A stretch of 58,221 nucleotides of DNA from a virus (lineage: Duplodnaviria; Caudoviricetes): positions 1-58,221 of the IMG/VR virus record IMGVR_UViG_3300010413_000034. One strand, written 5' to 3'. Shown here piece by piece: positions 1 through 9,931 of this stretch. Position numbers and translations under genes: made by a program. The notes beneath the pieces were generated by a model that was not told where the DNA came from, searched no databases, and worked only from the letters and a program-made list of their open reading frames with translations. Positions within the stretch are counted from its first letter, which is position 1. Each line of letters begins with the position of its first letter.

Positions 1-81
1 TATAAAATTATACTCAGCGCCGACCTCCATGAAAAATTGATTCTTAAATAGCTTTACGTGTCAGTATATAAAAAATTGGTG

Positions 82-110
82 TTGACTTTTTAGCTCAACT
101 ATAGTATAAT
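82..110 (+). promoter_or_regulatory. sigma70-type promoter (T5-like early promoter)
   Basis: TTGACT at 82-87, 17-bp spacer, TATAAT at 105-110. An A-tract lies upstream and the ligase B ATG is at 132. Confidence 0.85.
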
Positions 111-131
111 AACCTAAGAAATGAGAGAATC

Positions 132-887
132 ATGATTGAAATACCAACAAAGTGCCCAAGTTGTAATAGTGAGCTAGAATTAGTAAACATGCAACTATTC
201 TGTAGAAATAAGAATTGCTCAAGTATAATAAGTAAAAAAATTGAGAAATTTTCAAAGACAGTAAAAATAATGGGATTGGGGCAAAAAACAATTGAAAAAC
301 TAAACTTATTATCTATTCCTGAAATTTATGAATTAACAGAAGAATATATTACAAATACATTAGGAATTAAATTGGGGGAGAAGTTATACAAAGAAATAGA
401 AAAAAGTAAAAGTATACCTATAGGAGTATTTTTAACGGCAATGTCAATACCCTTAATAGGTAAAACTGCCGGCGATTCTTTAACAAAGGTAGTTTCTTCT
501 ATTGAAGAAATAAATGAAACTAAATGCAAACAAGCAGGATTAGGTAATAAAGCAATAGAAAATTTAATAAATTGGATAAATACTGAATATAGTGTATATT
601 CTAGTATGCCAATAAAATTTTCAAAACAATCTAAAGTAGTAGATACACCAGTAAAACTAAATGTAGTAATAACTGGTAAATTAAAAGATTTCTCATCCAG
701 AGAAAAAGCCAAAGAATTTTTATCTCAATATGGGATAAAAGTAATAAACAGTTTAAGTAGTAATGTAAATTATTTAGTAAGTGATGTAGAAACTAGTACT
801 AGTTCTAAATATAAAAAGGCTATAGAATTAAATATACCAATAGTTACTCTTGAACAATTAATTAATAATATTATTAAGGAGAAATAA
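132..887 (+). CDS. ligB: NAD-dependent DNA ligase subunit B (split ligase: Zn finger, HhH, BRCT)
   Basis: N-terminal CPSC...FCRNKNC Zn finger, HhH repeats (GLGQKT, LIGKT, GLGNKA) and a C-terminal BRCT (VVITGKL...SSKYKKAIELNIPIV). No adenylation domain. Precedes D5 as in T5. Confidence 0.9.
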   Translation: MIEIPTKCPSCNSELELVNMQLFCRNKNCSSIISKKIEKFSKTVKIMGLGQKTIEKLNLLSIPEIYELTEEYITNTLGIKLGEKLYKEIEKSKSIPIGVFLTAMSIPLIGKTAGDSLTKVVSSIEEINETKCKQAGLGNKAIENLINWINTEYSVYSSMPIKFSKQSKVVDTPVKLNVVITGKLKDFSSREKAKEFLSQYGIKVINSLSSNVNYLVSDVETSTSSKYKKAIELNIPIVTLEQLINNIIKEK

Positions 888-1634
888 ATGTCAACAAATG
901 TACCAAAATGGGATAGTGAAAGAGAAGCAACATTAGTAAACTTAGTCGGTAATGAAAGTCCAGTAAGTGCCGAAACAGTTAAGAGAGCAGCAGAAGAGTT
1001 AGAAACTACTACAAGGTCTGTTAGTTCAAAACTTAGAAAGATGGGCCATGTTGTAGAATCTCTAAGTAAGGAAGTAGGTAAGAAATTTACTCCTGCTGAA
1101 GAAGAAGAGCTAAGGGCTTTTGTAGAATCTAATCCTAAACAGCATACCTATGCTGAGATCGCAGCATTAGTACTTGATGGTAAGTATTCTGCTAAGAGAA
1201 TCCAAGGAAAGATTCTATCTATGGAATTAACCGATATGGTTAAGCCTACTCCGAAGGTTGAGGTAGCAAAGAAATATTCTGAAGCTGAGGAAGCAAAAAT
1301 CAAGAAGTTAGTATTGGCTGGTGAATATCTAGAAGATATTGCTAATGCTCTTGGAAAGGAAGTAAACTCTATAAGAGGAAAAATTCTATCTATGAGTACT
1401 GCTGATCCTACTATTGTAATTCCAAGACAGCGTACCTATAAGAGTAAGGATACTGTCGATCCTATCGAAGCTTTAGGTGACTCTATTACTGAAATGACAG
1501 TAGAAGAAGTAGCTGAAAAGGTTGGAAAAACAGTTCGTGGTGTTAAAACTATGCTAACTCGTCGTGGAATTAAGGTTAAGAATTACGACGGTGCTAAAAA
1601 GCATGAAAAGATTGAAAGCGCTAAAGTAGCGTAA
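888..1634 (+). CDS. T5 D5-like DNA-binding transcriptional regulator
   Basis: Repeated HTH-like units (SVSSKLRKMG, RIQGKILSM, SIRGKILSM, RGVKTMLTRRG..NYDGA). Sits between ligB and the helicase as in T5. Confidence 0.85.
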   Translation: MSTNVPKWDSEREATLVNLVGNESPVSAETVKRAAEELETTTRSVSSKLRKMGHVVESLSKEVGKKFTPAEEEELRAFVESNPKQHTYAEIAALVLDGKYSAKRIQGKILSMELTDMVKPTPKVEVAKKYSEAEEAKIKKLVLAGEYLEDIANALGKEVNSIRGKILSMSTADPTIVIPRQRTYKSKDTVDPIEALGDSITEMTVEEVAEKVGKTVRGVKTMLTRRGIKVKNYDGAKKHEKIESAKVA

Positions 1635-1647
1635 TTAATATCTAACG

Positions 1648-1684
1648 TAAAATAATACGGGAGTAATATCCCGTATTATTTTTT
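1648..1684. terminator. intrinsic terminator hairpin after D5
   Basis: 12-bp stem aataatacggga / tcccgtattatt with a 6-nt loop, followed by a T-tract and preceded by an A-tract. Confidence 0.85.
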
Positions 1685-1714
1685 ATCTAAAAATATAGCT
1701 CAAAGGAATATAAT

Positions 1715-3079
1715 GTGTCAGATATTGCTGGAATTGTACTTAAAAAGATTTTAGAAAATCCAGCTGATGCTTTAGACGTCTGGCCTAAATTAAAAATATA
1801 TTTTTTTAATTCCGATTATAATGCAATATTCTTTGCAATATCCAAATACTATAATAAAAGGAATAAATTACCGTCCTTTAATGATTTATATATAATAACA
1901 AGAGACGAGAGCTTAGTTCTAAAGATAAAAGCTTTAGAATTACTGCCTATTCCCGAAGATGTAGATTTATTAATCGCTGCTGAGGCATTAGCTGATGAAT
2001 ATACACAGGAAGAAACACTAAATCAATTATTTGATTTTGTGGAAAGAATACCAATGCTAGATACATCAGAGGTAAAGAAATCTCTATCTGATATATTAAT
2101 AGTATTGGATGAAAGAACACAAGAAACAGAAGAAATCTATAGGATGAATGAAGTTTACACTATAGATAAAGAAGAAATACATAGCAGAATTCCATTAGGA
2201 ATAAATAATACATTTGATGCAAATACTGGTGGATTATCATTAACAGAATTGATAATGTTGGGTGGAGCTAGAGGATCTGGTAAAACAATAGCTGCATGTA
2301 ATATAGCAGTAAATCAGTATATGCAGGGGAATGTTGGTTTATTTTTCTCTATTGAAATGAGATATAGGGAAATATTTAATAGATTTATATCAATACTATC
2401 CAATGTAAACAATAGGCATATTAGAAATATGAAATGTACCTTTGAAGATTTTATGAAAATAGCTAAAGTTAGAAAAGATATGTTTTGTGATGCAGAAGAA
2501 GTATTTGATGATTTTCTAAAGCATAAAAATTATGAAAAATTTGAAATAGATTTAATAAGCTCCAAAAAATTAAAACCAGATAACCAACTAATTATTGTAG
2601 ATAATCAAATGTTAACGCTTACAGAAATAGATATGAATATACAGAAATTTAAATCTATCTATGGAGATAAATTAAAAGCAGTAGTAGTAGACTATGTAAA
2701 TCAAATTCAAGAAACAGATATATATGATTGGAAAACACAAATAAAACTATCAAAAGCACTAAAAAATATAGCTAGAAAACATGATATAGTTATGATCTCT
2801 CCATATCAAATAGATTCTTCTGGTGAAGCTAGATTTGCTAAAGGTTTGTTAGATGCCGCCGACGTAGCGGCAATACTAGAAGTGCCAAAAGGTTCTGATT
2901 ATATAACATTTAATAGTACTAAAACTAGAAATATTGCCCCATTTTCATTCAATTCACCAATAAATTGGGATACTTTGGCAATATCTCCAGAAGATGCTAT
3001 AATAGACCCAGAATCTAGCGATAATAAAAAAGAGAAAACTAAAGAAGCTGTTGAGGATATAACTGTGCCATGGACGTAA
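1715..3079 (+). CDS. DnaB-like replicative helicase (T5 D6-like)
   Basis: Walker A GARGSGKT, FSIEM, VVVDYVNQ, ARFAKGLLDAAD. GTG start with an upstream AAGGA. Confidence 0.92.
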   Translation: MSDIAGIVLKKILENPADALDVWPKLKIYFFNSDYNAIFFAISKYYNKRNKLPSFNDLYIITRDESLVLKIKALELLPIPEDVDLLIAAEALADEYTQEETLNQLFDFVERIPMLDTSEVKKSLSDILIVLDERTQETEEIYRMNEVYTIDKEEIHSRIPLGINNTFDANTGGLSLTELIMLGGARGSGKTIAACNIAVNQYMQGNVGLFFSIEMRYREIFNRFISILSNVNNRHIRNMKCTFEDFMKIAKVRKDMFCDAEEVFDDFLKHKNYEKFEIDLISSKKLKPDNQLIIVDNQMLTLTEIDMNIQKFKSIYGDKLKAVVVDYVNQIQETDIYDWKTQIKLSKALKNIARKHDIVMISPYQIDSSGEARFAKGLLDAADVAAILEVPKGSDYITFNSTKTRNIAPFSFNSPINWDTLAISPEDAIIDPESSDNKKEKTKEAVEDITVPWT

Positions 3080-3930
3080 AAGAATTATTAATTAATAAAG
3101 GCATTTATCCATTATCAAGAAGTAGAGATTATGTTATAACTTGTTTAAATCCAGATCATGATGATAAACACCCATCATTAAGAATAGACAAATTAACTGG
3201 TATATTTCATTGTGTAAGTTGTGGGTTTTCTGGTAATATTTTTCATTATTTTGGAATAAAAAATAATAAATTAATAGATATCAGAGCATTACAATTACAA
3301 GAAAAAATACAAAAATTATTAAAAGTTAAAACCTTTTCTTTACCTATAGATGCAGTACCTTATAATAGAAAATTTAGAAATATAAATCCGGAAACCTATA
3401 TGTATTTTTCTGCTTTTCTATCGGAAAGTTTAATGCCTGGCAGATTAATTATCCCAATAAAAGATATATTAGGAAATATAGTTGGATTTCAGGGAAGATA
3501 TATTTATTCAGATATTGAACCTAAATATCAATATTTACCAGAAAATTCAACTATACCATTATTTCCAGCAATTATTGAACCTATTGATGGAAGTATTATT
3601 TTAGTTGAAGGTATATTTGATATGTTAAATTTATGGGATAAAGGATTAAAAAATGTTGTTTGTACTTTTGGCACAGCTTTTGGAAATACGAAAAAAGCAG
3701 AAAAGCAGAAAAGAAATAAAGAGAGGTTAATTCCTTATAGATATCAAGGAGTTAATAAGATATATATAATGTATGATGGAGATAAAGCAGGAAAATCTGC
3801 CGCAAATAATCTAAAAGAATATTTAGATGATTCTTATATAACAGAAACTATAGACTTAGAAGAAGGAATGGACCCAGGAGCATTTACAACAGAAGATGTG
3901 ACTAGATTAAAAGGTATATTATATGAATGA
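3070..3930 (+). CDS. DNA primase (CHC2 Zn finger + TOPRIM)
   Basis: CLNPDHDDKHPS...FHCVSCG, LVEGIFD, MYDGDKAG, MDPG. Confidence 0.92.
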   Translation: MDVKELLINKGIYPLSRSRDYVITCLNPDHDDKHPSLRIDKLTGIFHCVSCGFSGNIFHYFGIKNNKLIDIRALQLQEKIQKLLKVKTFSLPIDAVPYNRKFRNINPETYMYFSAFLSESLMPGRLIIPIKDILGNIVGFQGRYIYSDIEPKYQYLPENSTIPLFPAIIEPIDGSIILVEGIFDMLNLWDKGLKNVVCTFGTAFGNTKKAEKQKRNKERLIPYRYQGVNKIYIMYDGDKAGKSAANNLKEYLDDSYITETIDLEEGMDPGAFTTEDVTRLKGILYE

Positions 3931-6112
3931 TAAAAAGATAGCAGTTATTGAAAAGTATCCTACAAAATATAATTATGGGTCATTATTCCCCTTTCCAATA
4001 GAAAAGTATAGCTTAGTAAATAGTAGGCAAGATAAGGTATTAAAACGAGATATAACCTTAAATTTAGAAGAGTTAAAAAATACATATGATTATTTAATTT
4101 TAATTGGAAAAGAACCAAGTAAATTTGTTGGAAATATTTCTAGCGTAACTGAATATCAAGGTCATTTATTTGATAATAAATACTTGTGTTTAGTTAATCC
4201 TGCTGCTCTGGCTATTCGACCATCTTTAAAAAATGATTTTGATAAAGCTATATTTGATATAGTTAATACTATTAATGGTATTACTCATACTACTCAGTTT
4301 TCTGAAATACAAGGTCTAAAATCAGAAAATGAAATAGTAAAGCATTTACGATATTTACTAGAGCTGATAGATTCTGGCGAAGTTAATACTATTGCTGTAG
4401 ATACAGAAACATCTTCATTATATCCTAGAAATGGACATGTTCTGGGAATTTCAATATCTTATAAAAAGGAGCAAGGAGTATATCTAGATTCTTTAGAAGT
4501 CTCAGATTCTGTAGTTATGCTCTTACAAGAAATTTTTGATAAAACTATAGTTGTATTTCATAATGCTAAATTTGATATAAAAATGCTACAATATCATTTT
4601 GGCTTCACTTTTTCTAATTTTGAGGATACAATGTTAGAACATTATATCCTAGATGAAACGGAAGGTAGTCATAAATTAAAACCACTAGCTTTAAAATTTA
4701 CTAAATTAGGTGATTATGATAGAGAATTAGAAGAGTACAAAGCCAATTATTGTAGAAAACATGGTATAAAACAAAAAGATTTTACATATGAATATTTTCC
4801 TTTTGAAATAATATATCCCTATGCTGCATTAGATACCGCAGCTACTTTTGAATTACATTCAATATTTAGGCCTGCTATTTACAAAAATGATAAGTTAAAT
4901 AATGTATATGAAAACATTTTAAAGAGGGGAACATTATTTCTATTAAAAATGGAAGAGAATGGAATACCTATAAACTTAGAAAAAGTAAAAGAACATATTA
5001 TAAACATAAATGAAAAAATTAATGAACTAACAAAAAATCTATACACATATAAAGAAATTAAGGAAGTAGAAAAAGTAAAAGGGGCATTATTTAATCCTAA
5101 TAGTGTGGCCCATAAAAGATGTTTATTTTTTGATGTATTAGGTTTAAGTAGTAGTAAATTGACCCCTAAAGGTGAGTTGAGCACAGATGCCGAGGTATTA
5201 GAATCTTTGGCAGAACAGCATCCTCTAGTTCATATAATTCAAGAAATACAACAGCTAAAGAAAATTAAATCTACATATTTAGAAAAGTTTCTAACAGAAA
5301 CAGATTTAGATGGAAGATTAAGAACAAATTTCAACATTCATATAGTATCTTCAGGAAGACTTAGTTCATCCGGAAAATTAAATGCACAGCAATTACCAAA
5401 AAAGAACAAAGCACCAAAAGAATGTATAGAAGCTAAAAAGGGCTATAAAATAGTTTCACAGGACTTACAAACTGCTGAAATGTATATAGCTGCAGTTTTG
5501 TCCGGAGATAAGGTACTACAAAAAATATTTATAGATGAAGTAGATTATCATGGGTCTATGGCAGTATTAAAATTTGGATTAAATTGTCATCCTAACGATG
5601 TAAAAAACTTATACCCAACATATAGAGATAGTGCTAAAACAATTTCTTTTGAAATTTTATATAAACTAAATTATAACGAACCGGCACTAGAAAACTTTAA
5701 AAAGTTAAAATGGTGGCTAAAAAGTAAGGAAGAGTATATAAAAGAAAATGGATACATATATTCCTTCTTTGGTAGAAAAAGAAGATTGAAAGATGCTTTT
5801 TCATCTAATAAACAAGAGGCACAACATCAAGTAAGAAGTGGGATAAATTTCTTGGTTCAAAGTGTTGCTAGTGATATAAATTTATTAGCTGCTATTGAAA
5901 TGCAAGATTGGATAGAAAAAAATAATTATATAAATTATATGAAAATATTCGCTCTTGTACATGATTCAATACTAGCGGAAGTTAAGGATGAATATATTGA
6001 GTTATATACAACTAAGTTAAAAGAGATAACTCAGAAAGATAGAGGATTAAGTATACCTAATAGACCTATTGGAATAGACGTTGAAATAGGTACAAATTAT
6101 GCGTTTACTTAA
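3923..6112 (+). CDS. pol: family A DNA polymerase with 3'-5' exonuclease (T5-like), atypical motif B
   Basis: ExoI DTETS, ExoII HNAKFD, ExoIII YAALD. SGRLSSSGKLN, motif A DLQTAE, motif B RDSAKTISFEILYK, INFLVQS, motif C VHDS. Confidence 0.93.
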   Translation: MNDKKIAVIEKYPTKYNYGSLFPFPIEKYSLVNSRQDKVLKRDITLNLEELKNTYDYLILIGKEPSKFVGNISSVTEYQGHLFDNKYLCLVNPAALAIRPSLKNDFDKAIFDIVNTINGITHTTQFSEIQGLKSENEIVKHLRYLLELIDSGEVNTIAVDTETSSLYPRNGHVLGISISYKKEQGVYLDSLEVSDSVVMLLQEIFDKTIVVFHNAKFDIKMLQYHFGFTFSNFEDTMLEHYILDETEGSHKLKPLALKFTKLGDYDRELEEYKANYCRKHGIKQKDFTYEYFPFEIIYPYAALDTAATFELHSIFRPAIYKNDKLNNVYENILKRGTLFLLKMEENGIPINLEKVKEHIININEKINELTKNLYTYKEIKEVEKVKGALFNPNSVAHKRCLFFDVLGLSSSKLTPKGELSTDAEVLESLAEQHPLVHIIQEIQQLKKIKSTYLEKFLTETDLDGRLRTNFNIHIVSSGRLSSSGKLNAQQLPKKNKAPKECIEAKKGYKIVSQDLQTAEMYIAAVLSGDKVLQKIFIDEVDYHGSMAVLKFGLNCHPNDVKNLYPTYRDSAKTISFEILYKLNYNEPALENFKKLKWWLKSKEEYIKENGYIYSFFGRKRRLKDAFSSNKQEAQHQVRSGINFLVQSVASDINLLAAIEMQDWIEKNNYINYMKIFALVHDSILAEVKDEYIELYTTKLKEITQKDRGLSIPNRPIGIDVEIGTNYAFT

Positions 6113-6608
6113 ATTAGAAGATATTTCCTTTCCTGTATATTCACTTTCAAAAAATTATGAAAAGATATATACTGAATTTAATATATTATATATCCAAACA
6201 GCCTCCGGAACATATGTATTAGACAATAAGAATATGAACGGCAATACATTAGGTGAAAGAAGAGCAAAAATAGAAAATACTAAGCTATATAAACCTAAGA
6301 AAACGTGTTATTCAGTAGCGCAATTATTAAAATGTAAGTCTAATATATTTATAGATAATATAGGAACAGTTTTTAAATATAAAAAGACAAAATATGTTCC
6401 ATTAAAATATCATAAAATACTTTCGATACATTATAGAGAAAAATTTGGAGATTATTTCTTATTAGTTAAAGATATATTCTTTCCTATAGTTGTTAATTAT
6501 AGAGAAGCTAATACTTATAGTTACGCTGGTATTTTACATACACCTACTGGATATATTTTATACGAACTAAGTGAAGATAAAAAACCAGATACAAAAAGAA
6601 AAATATGA
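6099..6608 (+). CDS. conserved T5-like hypothetical protein (between pol and D10)
   Basis: Overlaps the pol stop and the D10 start. FPVY..., LDNKN..G.TLGERR and C-terminal KPDTKRKI resemble the syntenic T5 gene. Confidence 0.75.
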   Translation: MRLLKLEDISFPVYSLSKNYEKIYTEFNILYIQTASGTYVLDNKNMNGNTLGERRAKIENTKLYKPKKTCYSVAQLLKCKSNIFIDNIGTVFKYKKTKYVPLKYHKILSIHYREKFGDYFLLVKDIFFPIVVNYREANTYSYAGILHTPTGYILYELSEDKKPDTKRKI

Positions 6609-7870
6609 AAGCAGTTATATCTAATAGAATATATTTAGGAAAGTATGGTAATTTATATGAAGAATTACGTGAAAAACTAAAATATTCTATACCTTCAAAA
6701 ATACCCGGTAAGCCACCGACAACTTATTGTGATGTAACTAGAATAAATAAGGATGTATTAACTATACCTTGTGGAAGAACAGATTTAATACCAAAAGATT
6801 ACACAATAGTAGATAAGCGAACAATTAATAACTGTGAATTTCCAAAGTTTAAATATAAACTATTTGATTCTCAACAGGAAATTTATGACAGTGTGGACGA
6901 TAGTTGTGTAATAAATGCTAACCCTAGTTGGGGAAAAACATTTATGGGAATAGCTTTAGCCACTAAATTAAAGCAAAAAACTTTAATAGTAGTACATACA
7001 AAATATTTAAAAGATCAATGGGTACAAGAAGTAAAAAAATGTTTAGGAATAGATGCAGGAATAATTGGAGATGGAAAGTTTGAGGCAGATAAACTAATTT
7101 GTATTGCTCTTATTCAAACATTAAGGAATAATATTACTAAAGTAAATAAAGCTAATTTTGGATTAATAATAGTAGATGAAGTTCATCATTTACCAGCTAC
7201 CGTATTTAAAAGAATAATTGATAATTTAAAATCAAGATTTAAAATAGGATTAACAGCTACTTTATGGAGAAAAGATGGAACTCATGTGTATATACCAGAT
7301 TATTTAGGCACTAAAGTATATCGCGCTAAAGATGAGCGAAGATTAAAACCAAATATAGTAGTAGTTAATTCTAATATAAAATTAAATCAAAATAGTAATA
7401 TTCCCTGGGCAAATAGATTAACTGAGTTATATAATGATCCGAAATATCTAGAACTAGTATTAAATCTATGTGAAGCTCAAGTTTATAGAGGACATAAGGT
7501 TTTAATGGTTAATGATAGATTAGAGTTTCTATATACATGTGCAGAAATATTAGAAAACTTTATGTGTATAACTGGAGATACTATAGATAGAGCATTTGAT
7601 AAAGATAAAAAAGATGGAATATTAGCTACAATGAGAATATTTTCTGAGGGTGTTAATATTCCACCACTTAGTTCATTAATAATGTCAACTCCTATAAATA
7701 ATAGAGGATTATTAGATCAATTAATAGGTAGAATTTTAAGACAACAAGAAAATAAAATAACACCAGAAGTTATAGACATAGCTTTATCTGGAAAGACTGG
7801 AAAAAATCAATTAGTTCAACGAATTAATTATTATGTAGATATGGGTTATAAAATAAGGTATATAGAATAA
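6605..7870 (+). CDS. SF2 DEAD/H-box helicase (T5 D10 / UvsW-like)
   Basis: NPSWGKT, IVDEVHH, GLTAT, FSEGVNIP, QLIGRILR. Confidence 0.92.
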   Translation: MKAVISNRIYLGKYGNLYEELREKLKYSIPSKIPGKPPTTYCDVTRINKDVLTIPCGRTDLIPKDYTIVDKRTINNCEFPKFKYKLFDSQQEIYDSVDDSCVINANPSWGKTFMGIALATKLKQKTLIVVHTKYLKDQWVQEVKKCLGIDAGIIGDGKFEADKLICIALIQTLRNNITKVNKANFGLIIVDEVHHLPATVFKRIIDNLKSRFKIGLTATLWRKDGTHVYIPDYLGTKVYRAKDERRLKPNIVVVNSNIKLNQNSNIPWANRLTELYNDPKYLELVLNLCEAQVYRGHKVLMVNDRLEFLYTCAEILENFMCITGDTIDRAFDKDKKDGILATMRIFSEGVNIPPLSSLIMSTPINNRGLLDQLIGRILRQQENKITPEVIDIALSGKTGKNQLVQRINYYVDMGYKIRYIE

Positions 7871-8268
7871 TGATCAGATTTAACTGGCAAAAAATAGTTG
7901 GAAAAACAAAAGGAGATAGAGAAAAAATATTAGAATATTTTTATAATATTTACTTATCTAATAATTTCTCTGAATATTTAGAGAAAAATAAATTTGCCAG
8001 AGAAATATACTTTGAGCAATCAAAAATGTCTTTTTTATTAAATATAAAAGATTTATTAGAAAATTCATTAAATGCTACTAAGGAAGAGCAATACGTTTAT
8101 TTAGATTTAGCTAGTAGACGGAGTTTATTCAATTATTTTAATACAAACAAAAAAGTAGATTACTTACAGAAATGGAAAGTAATAGATTATGATTTAGATA
8201 AATTAAAACTAAATAGATTATTATTATTAGATGATAATAATATATATTTTATATATGAAGGAGTTTAA
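7870..8268 (+). CDS. conserved T5-like hypothetical protein
   Basis: TAATG-coupled to D10. FNWQKI start and YLDLASRR motif. Syntenic position before D11. Confidence 0.7.
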   Translation: MIRFNWQKIVGKTKGDREKILEYFYNIYLSNNFSEYLEKNKFAREIYFEQSKMSFLLNIKDLLENSLNATKEEQYVYLDLASRRSLFNYFNTNKKVDYLQKWKVIDYDLDKLKLNRLLLLDDNNIYFIYEGV

Positions 8269-8270
8269 AA

Positions 8271-8924
8271 ATGGGAGTTTCATTCGGAGACGCACATGGT
8301 TCAGCAAAAAAGGGTGAGTTAGAATATATTAAGATAAATTTTGGTGAAAATAGATTCAGACTTGTCGGAGATTTATTGCCAAGATATTGCTATTGGAAAA
8401 AATTGAAAGATTCTAATATTCCTGTGGAATGTTTAGCTTTTGATAGAAAAGAAGAAAGATTTACAAATGCAGAAAAAGATTGGTTTAAACATTACTTTCC
8501 AAATGAAAAGTGCGTATGGTCTTATGTAATTAGAGTTATAGACCCAACAGATGGAAAACTAAAGTTATGTGGTCTAAAGAAAAAGCTATTTGAACAAATA
8601 CAAACCGCGCAGAAAAAATTAGGGGATCCTACAGATATTGAAACTGGTTGGGATATAATTGTTGAAAAGAAGAAAACTGGACCACATGTCTATAATGTGG
8701 AATATACATTACAACAATTAGATTTAACACCTAGACCTTTAACAGAGGCTGAAAGAGAATTAATTAAAGATATGAAAAGCATTGATGAAGTAGTACCAAG
8801 ACTTACTGCAGAACAGCAGAAAGACTTTATTGAAAATGCTTGGGTTAATCCTCAGGAAGAAGAAAATGTTGATGATGATGCAGCTAAAGAAGTTGCTGAA
8901 GAAGTAGACGATATTCCAGTATAA
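8271..8924 (+). CDS. T5 D11-like single-stranded DNA-binding protein
   Basis: FRLVGDLLPRYCYW, ECLAFDR, LKKKLFEQI, GDPTD.ETGWD, NVEY and an acidic C-terminal tail (...VDDIPV). Confidence 0.85.
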   Translation: MGVSFGDAHGSAKKGELEYIKINFGENRFRLVGDLLPRYCYWKKLKDSNIPVECLAFDRKEERFTNAEKDWFKHYFPNEKCVWSYVIRVIDPTDGKLKLCGLKKKLFEQIQTAQKKLGDPTDIETGWDIIVEKKKTGPHVYNVEYTLQQLDLTPRPLTEAERELIKDMKSIDEVVPRLTAEQQKDFIENAWVNPQEEENVDDDAAKEVAEEVDDIPV

Positions 8925-8938
8925 GTTAAAATAAATAA

Positions 8939-8969
8939 AACAAAGGCCGAATATACTTCGGCCTTTGTT
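8939..8969 (+). terminator. intrinsic terminator hairpin after D11
   Basis: 13-bp stem aacaaaggccgaa / ttcggcctttgtt with a 5-nt loop. Confidence 0.8.
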
Positions 8970-8980
8970 ATTGGAAAACT

Positions 8981-9931
8981 ATGAAAATATTATTCAGTGC
9001 TGATTGGCACATAAAAATAGGACAAAAGAATATACCTATTGCTTGGCAAAAAAATAGATATTCATTACTTTTTAAGAAAATATACGAATTAGAGAAGGAA
9101 GCTAGTATACATATTATTGGTGGGGATATATTTGATAATATACCAAATCCAGAAGAAGTAAGTATGTTTCTAGATTTTATAAGTAATATTTCTATTCCTA
9201 CTTTCATATATGATGGTAATCATGAAGCTACTAAAAAAGGAAAAACATTTTTAACTTTCTTTGAAAATGCAGTAAATAAATTAAATAGTAATGCACATAT
9301 TATAAATGGTATATATGAATTACCTAATCTAGATATAATTCCATATACTCATTTGAAAACTTTTAAGCCTGAAAAATTTCACAATAGTATTCTTTGTACT
9401 CATGTTAGAGGAAATATAGAGCCTCATGTAAAGGCCGAAATAGATTTAGATTTATTTAATAGGTGGGATGTAGTTCTTGCTGGTGATTTACATTCATATG
9501 AAAATAGCCAAAGAAATATATTATATCCTGGTAGCCCATTATCAATAACTTTTCATAGATCAAAAATTAAAAATGGCGTTATTATATTTAATACAGAAGA
9601 TATGACACATGAATGGATAGAATTGGGATTACCTCAATTAATAAGAAAGACAGTTGATAAGGAAAGCGATATTGTAGAAACAAAATATGACCATACAATA
9701 TATGAAATAACAGGAAATATGCTAGATTTAATGAGTATGGATGCTTCTTCACATATTATAGATAAAAAAATAATAAATAAAGGAAAAGAAGCAATTATAA
9801 ATCTAGGTAATATGAGTATAGAACAGGAATTAGCGGAATATCTGAAGAATATTCTTAATATAAGTGACTCAGATATAGATGAAATATTAAAGGTATATAA
9901 TGATTATAATAAAGTATCTGAAATGGGATAA
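8981..9931 (+). CDS. SbcD/Mre11-like recombination nuclease (T5 D12)
   Basis: Metallophosphoesterase motifs ADWH, GGDIFD, GNHE, AGDLH, YPGSP. Confidence 0.92.
   Translation: MKILFSADWHIKIGQKNIPIAWQKNRYSLLFKKIYELEKEASIHIIGGDIFDNIPNPEEVSMFLDFISNISIPTFIYDGNHEATKKGKTFLTFFENAVNKLNSNAHIINGIYELPNLDIIPYTHLKTFKPEKFHNSILCTHVRGNIEPHVKAEIDLDLFNRWDVVLAGDLHSYENSQRNILYPGSPLSITFHRSKIKNGVIIFNTEDMTHEWIELGLPQLIRKTVDKESDIVETKYDHTIYEITGNMLDLMSMDASSHIIDKKIINKGKEAIINLGNMSIEQELAEYLKNILNISDSDIDEILKVYNDYNKVSEMG

Noticed and set aside
3923-6112. Calling the polymerase DpoZ (Z-genome) or inferring a modified-base genome
   Set aside because: No purZ, datZ, mazZ or other base-modification gene is in the window, and an intact dUTPase argues against dU-DNA. 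The odd motif B alone is insufficient.
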